Below are positions 19,826 through 27,061 of a DNA stretch of 64,000 bases, one piece after another. The notes under the pieces are model-generated. The model was not told where the DNA came from and ran no database searches. It saw nothing but the letters and a program-made list of their open reading frames with translations. The position numbers were made by a program, and so were the translations under genes. The stretch lies in the NCBI RefSeq assembly GCF_988243305.1, contig NZ_OZ547136.1; one strand, written 5' to 3'. The stretch's first letter is position 1, and each line of letters begins with the position of its first letter.

Positions 19826-20258
19826 CAGCGTCATACATCCAGTTATTGCGGTTAGCGGACCGTTCTTCCTCTTCACGAAATCCACCTGCGGCACGCTTGC
19901 TTTTTGTTGCCGGATCAAGCCATTTCGTTTTCTGGTTATGACACGCCTGACACAATGGCTGATGGTTCCATTCGGGCCAGAAGAGAACATCATCGCCGCC
20001 ATCGATGGGGATAATGTGATCCACCACCACGGCGGGCGTATATATCCCCTTCTCAAGGCATCGCACGCATAACGGGTTTTTACTCAGATACATGGCGCGG
20101 TATTTGTCCCACTGTCTGGAGTACCCACGCGCGCGGCGGTGTCCTCGTCTGGCATCCTCTGCACGCCATGCCGCCCGCCTGTGCTCCTCACACTTACCGG
20201 ACTTAACGCGCCTGTTACAGCCTGGTTCTGTACATCGTCTTAATGGTTGCCACGGCAT
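19818..20258 (-). CDS. HNH endonuclease (terminase-associated)
   Basis: 146 aa with CxxC...VDHIIP...N...LCxxCH HNH/zinc motifs (CVRC, DHIIPIDGG, CQACHNQKT), adjacent to the terminase genes. Confidence 0.88.
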   Translation of the reverse strand: MPWQPLRRCTEPGCNRRVKSGKCEEHRRAAWRAEDARRGHRRARGYSRQWDKYRAMYLSKNPLCVRCLEKGIYTPAVVVDHIIPIDGGDDVLFWPEWNHQPLCQACHNQKTKWLDPATKSKRAAGGFREEEERSANRNNWMYDADE

Positions 20259-20554
20259 CAGTACACCCCCACATCACGGTAAGCCGTCCAGAGTGCGCCT
20301 ATCGTCATGGGTACGCGCGTTTTTGCGTTATCCGCGACAATCTGGCGATTTTCATACAGGTGAGCGATAAACATCATGCAGCCAATCTTTATGGCTGGCG
20401 TGAACTCCAGCCCGTCATCAAAGCGCCTGCCTATGTGTATCTGGCACGCCTCAAGCGATGCGGCAATGTATCCGCTGATTAACTGGTCTTCATCGTCGCC
20501 ATCGATGCGGCAATGGAGTTTCACTTCTTCCAGGGTGATAAGTTCTTCTGTCAT
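20258..20554 (-). CDS. gp6-like head-tail connector protein
   Basis: 98 aa. MTEELITLEEVKLHCRIDGDDEDQLISGYIAASLEAC... is the typical Phage_connect_1 N-terminus. The stop overlaps the HNH start (TGATG). Confidence 0.8.
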   Translation of the reverse strand: MTEELITLEEVKLHCRIDGDDEDQLISGYIAASLEACQIHIGRRFDDGLEFTPAIKIGCMMFIAHLYENRQIVADNAKTRVPMTIGALWTAYRDVGVY

Positions 20555-20889
20555 TTTTCCGCGCCCTCACGACAAAGAATTTCAAGGCGTGTCCTGGCGG
20601 CATCCGGCAACGGTTGCCCGATGATATTCAGTACACGCCCCGCCAGCGGCCCTGTATTGACCTTTATCCGACTGGTGGCGTTGATGTCCTTCCGGTAGCG
20701 TATCCATATCCTTACCGTTCCAGTCGCCAGCTCTGCACCTGATGAAATGGCCTCCTTGCTGCTGATCATGTTCACGCTTGCCCAGAGTGTGTGACCGTCC
20801 ACCCACGTTTCGAGTATTTCGCCGGTTATATCCCTGGTCTGTTTCAGGGTCTGAATCGTTACCCTGTCACGCAGTCGCCCTATGTTCAT
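20551..20889 (-). CDS. Head-tail joining (head closure/adaptor, gp7-like) protein
   Basis: MNIGRLRDRVTIQTLKQTRDITGEILETWVDGHTLWASV...VRIWIRYRKDI matches the Phage_H_T_join pattern. ATGA overlaps occur at both ends. Confidence 0.8.
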   Translation of the reverse strand: MNIGRLRDRVTIQTLKQTRDITGEILETWVDGHTLWASVNMISSKEAISSGAELATGTVRIWIRYRKDINATSRIKVNTGPLAGRVLNIIGQPLPDAARTRLEILCREGAEK

Positions 20890-22097
20890 TCCGGTTTTTC
20901 TCCCTCGCTGATTTTTACTTCCTGTTTCCATGCCTGGCTGAACTCATCACCACCATCACGCGGGGACAGCCCTTCACGTTCGCGGGCTTCGTTCGGGCAC
21001 ATAACGCCGGATTTGATGCCGCGTTCATAGGTGGCAAAGCGTTCGCCAGGTGTGGCCCGTAACAGGTCCGCGCTGTCAAACTCCACCTGATACCGGATAC
21101 CAGGTACAGGCGAGGCCACCAGCAGGGCGTTTTTTATCTGCTGCTCAAAGTTCGCCAGCCACGGGCGCATCGTCATGGTGAGAAATGCGCGGCTTGCCTC
21201 GCTGAAGTTGCTGTAGGTGCTGTTGCTGTATTCCTGCAAAAAAATCGGCGAGACGTTGAACATTCGGGCGATGTCTTCAATGGTGAAGCGACGGGAGGCC
21301 AGCCATTCGGCATCCTGATTACTCATGCCCAGCTGCTGATAGCTCATCCCCCCTTCAAGGATGGGCGTTTTTCCGGCGTTTCTGGCCCCTTTGTAGCGTT
21401 CCAGTGCGGCTAATGCCTGTTTGCCCTTCACGCCGTCCAGCCATTCGCCTGACGTGATAACCCCTGCCGCCATCATGCCATCACGCATCACGCTCGCGCC
21501 GTGGCGTTGTTGGGCCAGCCCAAGCCCCAGCGATTCGCGGCAGATGGTTACAGGTGAGCGCCCCATAAAACCGTCATCCGTGGAGTAACGAAGGTGGAGA
21601 ACCTCCCACGGTAAATAGTTGCGGGTGTTTCCGGTGTAGGCGTCAGTGATGCAGTAGCGCCAGTTATGATCACCTGTCTGCTCCACGTTCACCGACTGCG
21701 GCGGGTAAGGATGTAAAGCCACCGGAAAACCATCACGCCCCCACTGAATCACCGCATAAGCATTACCGTTTAACAGGCAGTGGCGGATCATCATTCGCTT
21801 AAACTGGTAGGGAGTCTGCCACGCGTTCGGGCGCTCGTTGAGGATGTGATCGACCGGATGAGAATCAAGCCACTCGCGGGCCTCCTTCCCCTTCTCATTG
21901 CGTACCAGGTACAGGTAACACGGCATGGTAGCCACCGCCTCAGAGATGACCGTCACGGCGTTCATGACGGCGGGCAGTGATTCCGCTGTCCCCGATGATA
22001 CGTACTCACCCGCCCCCGTGTTCGATGTGCCAGCCAGCGCCATAAACTCATCAAGCGTCATGCTGCGCTGCTCTTTTTTTCTTCTGAAAGGCCACAT
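20886..22097 (-). CDS. Portal protein, HK97 family
   Basis: 403 aa with typical HK97-type portal features (..ESLPAVMNAVTVISEAVATMP.., C-terminal acidic tail). It lies next to the protease. Confidence 0.88.
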   Translation of the reverse strand: MWPFRRKKEQRSMTLDEFMALAGTSNTGAGEYVSSGTAESLPAVMNAVTVISEAVATMPCYLYLVRNEKGKEAREWLDSHPVDHILNERPNAWQTPYQFKRMMIRHCLLNGNAYAVIQWGRDGFPVALHPYPPQSVNVEQTGDHNWRYCITDAYTGNTRNYLPWEVLHLRYSTDDGFMGRSPVTICRESLGLGLAQQRHGASVMRDGMMAAGVITSGEWLDGVKGKQALAALERYKGARNAGKTPILEGGMSYQQLGMSNQDAEWLASRRFTIEDIARMFNVSPIFLQEYSNSTYSNFSEASRAFLTMTMRPWLANFEQQIKNALLVASPVPGIRYQVEFDSADLLRATPGERFATYERGIKSGVMCPNEAREREGLSPRDGGDEFSQAWKQEVKISEGEKPE

Positions 22098-22098
22098 A

Positions 22099-22671
22099 TC
22101 ACACCCCCGCTAAATCCACCCACCAGCGGCGATTATCCGCACGCGGCATTTTTTCGGGGTGCTGCTCATACAGGGAACGGCGGGCCAGCTCCACGCCGGA
22201 ATCGGGGTAAGCCGGTACCGATGTAACGGTAATTTCGTACAGTTCCGCCACCAGCACGGTGCGCACGCATGGATCTGTTGTGGTATCCCATACATCCTTA
22301 CGGGAGCGAAAGCCAAAGCTCATCCCCGAGATGTCCCCACGCTTAACCAGTTCGATAACGTCGCGCCCTGTACTGGTATCCGGTGGGGTCAGTTCAAAGC
22401 GTAACCCTGTTTCGTCCTCTTCCAGTTTCAGCGTGCCGGAACGGGTGCGCCCCAGTAACATGCTGTGGTCATGCTCATACAGGCCGCGAACGTCATTACC
22501 CGCCGCAAGCCACTCAGTAAACGCCCCCCGCTGGAATTTTTCGTAAAACTCCCCCCATAGCAGTTCTGAAAGCTTATCCCAGCGAACAACGTAGCCCGTC
22601 AGCGTACCGGCTCCGCTGGTAGTGATTTCCGATGACCGGATTTCCATACTCTTCATAATTTTTTCACCCAT
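22099..22671 (-). CDS. Prohead maturation protease, HK97 (S78) family
   Basis: 190 aa. ..GYVVRWDKLSE...RGLYEHDHSMLLGRT...GDISGMSFGF.. is the pattern of HK97 gp4-like proteases. It sits between the MCP and portal genes. Confidence 0.85.
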   Translation of the reverse strand: MGEKIMKSMEIRSSEITTSGAGTLTGYVVRWDKLSELLWGEFYEKFQRGAFTEWLAAGNDVRGLYEHDHSMLLGRTRSGTLKLEEDETGLRFELTPPDTSTGRDVIELVKRGDISGMSFGFRSRKDVWDTTTDPCVRTVLVAELYEITVTSVPAYPDSGVELARRSLYEQHPEKMPRADNRRWWVDLAGV

Positions 22672-22710
22672 AAAACACTAAAGGGGCTTTTAAGCCCCTT
22701 CTGTATGCTG

Positions 22711-23868
22711 TTAATCGTCGTCCTGTGGCAGTTCCAGAATCTTGATCGCGTTCGAATCCACCACGCCACCGCCTAAATATTTCTGCGTGAAAATTTTGAT
22801 GAAGCCCGGCTCTGTGAGGTTGTCCGGTCTGGTGCGAACACCTGTTTCGTGATCAACAATGTAGTAACCGCGTTTGAAGTCACCCAGGGCAATAACGTTA
22901 TCCGGCATAAACTCCAGATATTCGACCGGAAGGCCCAGTAACGTATCAGGATCACCCGCCTGTAAACGGTCGCGCCAGATGTAATCACCGTTCGCGTTCT
23001 TCACCTTCTGAAGTTTTGCCGCCGTCGTGGAGTTAACCACCCAGACCGCGTTTTTGCGGTATTTTTTACGTAATGCAAATTTCAGGTCGATCAGCGGGTC
23101 CGCAGATGTCCACGCCAGAGATTCGGAAGGTTTAATTACCTGCAACGTACCAAAATCACGCTCTTTGTCGTTCTTCTCTGCACGGGGTACGGATAAAAAA
23201 CCTTTTGCTTTTTTGTCACCGTCGCCCACAACCAGATCGCTTTCTTCGGTTTCCGTGAAGGTGTCGCCAATCTCGCCCGTCAGCCATGAAAGGATGTCCA
23301 CATCGGAAAAATCCACGATTTCCTGTGTGGTGCGCGGGTACGCATAGACCGGATACAGCTTAATGCTCACCTCGTTAATCTGCGGGGTGCTGGTCTGTTC
23401 GCGTGTCTTACCCTCTTCACCGTGGTTAACGGTCGCACCGCCAGCGGAAACAAGCTGCTTAAACTCGTTGCTGCTGATTTTCTTCACGGTACAGATGCGG
23501 CGCATGGTGGACTCATCCGCCAGCATTCGCATGATTTCGGTGTTCAGTTCGGGGATAACGGTATAACCACCATCAGCGGGAACGCCTGTACTTAATGCGC
23601 GGGTTTCACCTGTCAGAATGTAGTTGCGTAGTTCTGCGGGGTCAGTGGTCTGGCTGCTTTTACCTGGCTTGCTGCGCTCTTCGTCTGCAATGGCTTCAAG
23701 GCGGGAAATGTCTTTATCGAGGGATTCAGCTTTAGCGCGTAATTCGTCAAATTTTGCGCCCTCAGCATCGTTAAGACTGCGGTTTTCTTTTTCCGCGTTC
23801 TCCAGCATGTCGCGCATCTGATTTTTAATGGCGGTTTTCTGCTGGCGTAATTCGATTATTCTCGGCAT
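22711..23868 (-). CDS. Major capsid protein, HK97 fold, with N-terminal coiled-coil delta/scaffold domain
   Basis: ATG at 23868 (MPRIIELRQQKTAIKNQMRDMLENAEKE...) is preferred over the TTG at 23913. The product is 385 aa with a coiled-coil N-terminus followed by a typical HK97-family body. Confidence 0.88.
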   Translation of the reverse strand: MPRIIELRQQKTAIKNQMRDMLENAEKENRSLNDAEGAKFDELRAKAESLDKDISRLEAIADEERSKPGKSSQTTDPAELRNYILTGETRALSTGVPADGGYTVIPELNTEIMRMLADESTMRRICTVKKISSNEFKQLVSAGGATVNHGEEGKTREQTSTPQINEVSIKLYPVYAYPRTTQEIVDFSDVDILSWLTGEIGDTFTETEESDLVVGDGDKKAKGFLSVPRAEKNDKERDFGTLQVIKPSESLAWTSADPLIDLKFALRKKYRKNAVWVVNSTTAAKLQKVKNANGDYIWRDRLQAGDPDTLLGLPVEYLEFMPDNVIALGDFKRGYYIVDHETGVRTRPDNLTEPGFIKIFTQKYLGGGVVDSNAIKILELPQDDD

Positions 23869-24083
23869 AAAAAAAAGTCCTGGGGTTAAGTAAGGAACTC
23901 CAGGACGCGGCAAACACTCAACCGTTTTTCATAAGGAAATCAGCAATCGCACCGATCGTTTTCCCGCCTGGTAATGAATATTGGCGAGCACATTAACAGG
24001 CGGGAAAGTGGCCCCAGCGTCCTGGCACCACGGGCGAGAATAATCATGATTCAGTTCGGGTAAAATATGCCGATCCGCTCAGT

Positions 24084-24110
24084 GAACAACGTGGAACAAC
24101 CACGAACAAA
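24084..24110 (+). promoter_or_regulatory. Three 10-bp-phased GAACAA units upstream of the capsid operon
   Basis: GAACAAcgtgGAACAAccacGAACAAataa lies 216 bp upstream of the MCP ATG, between the terminator at 24121-24150 and the operon. A 23-nt stretch matches 30289-30311 (inverted) with 2 mismatches. Confidence 0.55.
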
Positions 24111-24120
24111 TAATTTACAA

Positions 24121-24150
24121 AAAATAACAAAAAGCCGGATTGCTCCGGCT
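24121..24150 (-). terminator. Rho-independent terminator (minus strand)
   Basis: On the minus strand, AGCCGGAgcaaTCCGGCT is followed by TTTTTGTTATTTTTT. It lies 20 nt after the stop of the 74-aa gene. Confidence 0.8.
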
Positions 24151-24169
24151 GTATGTGCTGTATGGGTGC

Positions 24170-24394
24170 TCAGTCTCTGATCCCTTTCAGAAATTCTATC
24201 AATGCATCTGTCTGTTCAGGATTTACTGCCAGCATTTCACCGGATAGCGCGCAACGAACAAAACCATGATGATCCTTTTCAATCAGTGCGCCCGTCTCCA
24301 GGAATGCGCGGTAATCATTGATGCTCATCGTCTCCATGTTGTCAGCATGGTATTTATCACGCTGTTTTAATATCTCATCAAATTTCATCGGCAT
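24170..24394 (-). CDS. Hypothetical protein (74 aa), moron-like unit bracketed by twin terminators
   Basis: ATG at 24394 is preceded by AGAGGAAAAAACA. Product is MPMKFDEILKQRDKYHADNMETMSINDYRAFLETGALIEKDHHGFVRCALSGEMLAVNPEQTDALIEFLKGIRD. I recognise no family. Confidence 0.6.
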   Translation of the reverse strand: MPMKFDEILKQRDKYHADNMETMSINDYRAFLETGALIEKDHHGFVRCALSGEMLAVNPEQTDALIEFLKGIRD

Positions 24395-24488
24395 TGTTTT
24401 TTCCTCTGTTGTGTCTGTTTGTTTCAGATAGTAACTATGCCTGACCGTGACGAAAACCCGGTAATGCGCCATACCGTTTCAACTGGTG

Positions 24489-24513
24489 CAAAAAAAGCCG
24501 GATTTCTCCGGCT
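24489..24513 (-). terminator. Rho-independent terminator (minus strand), near-duplicate of 24121-24150
   Basis: On the minus strand, AGCCGGAgaaaTCCGGCT is followed by TTTTTTTG, downstream of the PerC-like gene. Confidence 0.8.
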
Positions 24514-24563
24514 GTGTGATTAGCTGTCCTGGTAATTGCGCCATATTTCATCACCAGCACCAT

Positions 24564-24791
24564 CTATCCCCATTTCGGCATAAGTGCGATCGACTGCCTT
24601 TTCAGGTCTCCGTAATTATCCGGTGGCTCCGGTGGCCTCTGTGCCTTCCTGGAACATTCCAGCCGTCGCATCGTGATGTGATGCCGTTCCTTGTCTGTCT
24701 CCACCAGCAGCATGACTTCACCCCATCGCGCCGACGCCCTCCGGTAAAATCCTTTAGCCTCGAGTTCCTCCGCTATGCGGTCATGTACCAT
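24564..24791 (-). CDS. PerC-family (PerC/Pch-like) transcriptional regulator
   Basis: ATG at 24791 is preceded by GGGGGTGAGG, right after the ssb stop. The 75-aa product MVHDRIAEELEAKGFYRRASARWGEVMLLVETDKERHHITMRRLEC... resembles the PerC N-terminal signature (..AE.LE.KG.WRRAA.RW..). Confidence 0.65.
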   Translation of the reverse strand: MVHDRIAEELEAKGFYRRASARWGEVMLLVETDKERHHITMRRLECSRKAQRPPEPPDNYGDLKRQSIALMPKWG

Positions 24792-24801
24792 CCTCACCCC
24801 C

Positions 24802-25212
24802 TCAGAACGGAATACCGTCACCGTAAGGGTCATCGCCTCCCGCTGGTGGCTGATTACCCTGTGTGCCTGTGGTTTTGCGTCTGTTCCCGCCAGGACGTGC
24901 CGCACGGGCACTGATTACGCTGTCTGCAATAACCTGCCAGCCCTGCCGCGTTTCTCCGTTCTGTCCGGTCCACTGGCTTACCTGCATCGTGCCGGATACG
25001 CTGGCAACATCGCCTTTTTGATGTTTAGCCAGGAAGTCGGCCTGTTTGCCAAATGCGATGACCGATAACCATAACGTCGCCTGTCCGTCCTGTGCCTGGC
25101 TGCATGGCAAAGATACCGCCATACGCGCCAGCGTCATCGGTGTGCCCTTGCTGGTCTGTTTTACCTGCGGGTCGTCCACCAGCCGCCCGTAAGCGGCTAT
25201 CTGTGCCGTCAT
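24802..25212 (-). CDS. ssb: Single-stranded DNA-binding protein
   Basis: 136 aa with an OB-fold-like N-terminus, a Gly/Pro/Gln-rich linker and a C-terminal acidic tip ..GGDDPYGDGIPF, the canonical SSB tail. Confidence 0.85.
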   Translation of the reverse strand: MTAQIAAYGRLVDDPQVKQTSKGTPMTLARMAVSLPCSQAQDGQATLWLSVIAFGKQADFLAKHQKGDVASVSGTMQVSQWTGQNGETRQGWQVIADSVISARAARPGGNRRKTTGTQGNQPPAGGDDPYGDGIPF

Positions 25213-25460
25213 AATTCCACCTCTCCGGTTTTAACGTTGATGGTTGTTACCTGTTCCGCTTCGGCAATCTCCCGTTCTGTCAGCGTGGCAAAGTTTGCCG
25301 CCGCCGTGGTCATGAATGCGCTTATCAGGTCGGGATGTTCCTTCGCGTATCCTTCCCGCGTGTGGCGGTCTATCGTTCTGATTGCCACCTTTAAAGCGTG
25401 CTCAGTCATGTCTAACGCTTTATATTTTGGCTCTGTTCTGTCTCTGCGTTTTTGGGTCAT
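25209..25460 (-). CDS. Hypothetical protein (83 aa)
   Basis: ATG at 25460 (MTQKRRDRTEPKYK...) with GAGAGG upstream is preferred over 25490, which would overlap the iterons. ATGA overlap with ssb. Confidence 0.55.
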   Translation of the reverse strand: MTQKRRDRTEPKYKALDMTEHALKVAIRTIDRHTREGYAKEHPDLISAFMTTAAANFATLTEREIAEAEQVTTINVKTGEVEL

Positions 25461-25472
25461 TTCTCGCAACCT

Positions 25473-25662
25473 CTCACTTTTTCGCCTCACTTTTTCAAGC
25501 GTCTCACTTCGTCGCAGTTGGGATTTTCGGTTTTTCTATGTGTGTGTTTCATAAGTATTTTTTTACCCCTCACTTTTGAGGATGTATACAGGTCGAAAAG
25601 TGAGGGAGAGCGGGCTAATTTTGGCCCTCTTTCTATCCCCCTCGCTTTTGCTCCTCACTTTT
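25473..25662. repeat. Iteron array (CCTCACTTTT x7, one inverted) with AT-rich core: putative origin of replication
   Basis: Copies lie at 25473, 25485, 25502, 25568, 25596 (inverted), 25640 (1 mismatch) and 25653. They flank a T-rich stretch at 25520-25565, directly downstream of the helicase gene. Confidence 0.6.
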
Positions 25663-27061
25663 ATAGCGGCGCTACATCATCCCCATCGATACGAATAACC
25701 CCATCTTTTTCCAGCTTGTACAGCCAGCGCCGGAAGTTTTTCATTTCATACCCCAGTTTTTTCATGTCATCACGTAACAGCGGGATCGTGCACTTGTCGC
25801 CGTTCTGTGTGCGTGAACGGATGCACCCCCATAGCGCGGTATGGTTTTCCGTCTTGTTCCCTGCCTCCTCGATGCGCTCCAGTTCAACAGGAGGGCGCGG
25901 ATCATCCACCACTACCAGCGACGTGATTAATTCACCGTCAGCGTCGGTAAAAAGCTCCACCACGCGTAAGTCATATGCGGCTTCTTTGAGTTCCTCCGCG
26001 TCCTTCATTTTGGTGCATGAGATAACCAGCGCTTCGCTTCCTGCGTCCTCCCTGCGTATCCGGTATTCAGCATCCAGCGAAGCACGAAATGCACTGGAAC
26101 CGCGCGCGCCTTTCGTCTCATCCTTGCCGGAATGGTGAACCACCAGCACCGTGGCCCCTGTGCGTCGTTTCAGTTCGTCACAACCACGGATAAACGCCCC
26201 CATATCACGGGAATCATTTTCATCATTCCCACCAAAGCAACGCGCCAGCGTATCCAGAATAATCATGCGTACAGGTTTACCCGTTTCCCGCTCCACCTGA
26301 CGGGCAGCGATAACCATTTCATCAACATCAAGCGGGGCAGCCGGAAAGATGGGGCGGTTTACCAGATACAGATTTTTCACCTGCTCATCGTGCACAACCT
26401 CCCAGGCTTTTACACGACGCGGAACACCTATACCGCCTTCACCAACCACATAGAGAACCGCACCATGTGCAACCCTGCGGCCTCCCCACTGGCGACCAGT
26501 GGCAACATGGCACGCCCACGATCCGGCAAGGAATGATTTATAGGACCCGCTAGCCCCGTATATGCTGCATAGCGATACCGCCGGAATAATCCCCTTAACC
26601 ACGTAATCCAGTTGCGTGTCGTATCCGGTAGATCCAACGCTCATCGGTAGCGTGGTTTTTCGCTGGTGGTTTTTTTCTTCCACCGGCTCTTTCCCGCGCA
26701 CCCGTTCCAGGTATTCGCGCCAGTTCTCCCGCATATGGCTGTGCATCCCTTCGGGGTAATAATTCGCATCAGTTACACCCGCCGCCGCCAGCTTGTGCGC
26801 AATGGCATTAATATTTGATGGCCTGATGTGGCCTGCCTTGTACAGCCGGACACAATAGCGCCCCTCGTCGATGATTCTCAGGTCTGCCAGTTCATCCAGT
26901 TGATCATCAGCCAGCACAACGGGAGGCACATTATCGCCAGCCAGTCGCCCGTCCTGTTCCTGCCACTGTTTCGCATGTGCCCAGGCATCACTACCCGCAA
27001 AAATAATGACTTCGGTCATCTTGTCGTAAGGCTGTTTTTTTAAGTTCGGTGCGCTTTTCAT
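25661..27061 (-). CDS. Replication protein: RepA/AAA_25 (RecA-like) helicase-type ATPase with extra N- and C-terminal domains
   Basis: 466 aa. Features are P-loop-like GASGSYKS, Walker B MIILDT, LVVHHSGKD and ARGSSAF motifs typical of RepA-like helicases. The C-terminal part looks like a winged-helix domain. Confidence 0.75.
   Translation of the reverse strand: MKSAPNLKKQPYDKMTEVIIFAGSDAWAHAKQWQEQDGRLAGDNVPPVVLADDQLDELADLRIIDEGRYCVRLYKAGHIRPSNINAIAHKLAAAGVTDANYYPEGMHSHMRENWREYLERVRGKEPVEEKNHQRKTTLPMSVGSTGYDTQLDYVVKGIIPAVSLCSIYGASGSYKSFLAGSWACHVATGRQWGGRRVAHGAVLYVVGEGGIGVPRRVKAWEVVHDEQVKNLYLVNRPIFPAAPLDVDEMVIAARQVERETGKPVRMIILDTLARCFGGNDENDSRDMGAFIRGCDELKRRTGATVLVVHHSGKDETKGARGSSAFRASLDAEYRIRREDAGSEALVISCTKMKDAEELKEAAYDLRVVELFTDADGELITSLVVVDDPRPPVELERIEEAGNKTENHTALWGCIRSRTQNGDKCTIPLLRDDMKKLGYEMKNFRRWLYKLEKDGVIRIDGDDVAPL

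Noticed and set aside
19652-20056. 134-aa minus-strand ORF overlapping the HNH gene
   Set aside because: The 5' two-thirds lie out of frame inside the clearly genuine HNH endonuclease gene. Only the 3' 57 codons after the HNH stop are kept, as a low-confidence small ORF.
25452-26138. 228-aa plus-strand ORF
   Set aside because: It is antisense to the RepA-type helicase gene, Ser/Phe-rich and low-complexity, and it starts in the iteron region. A shadow ORF.
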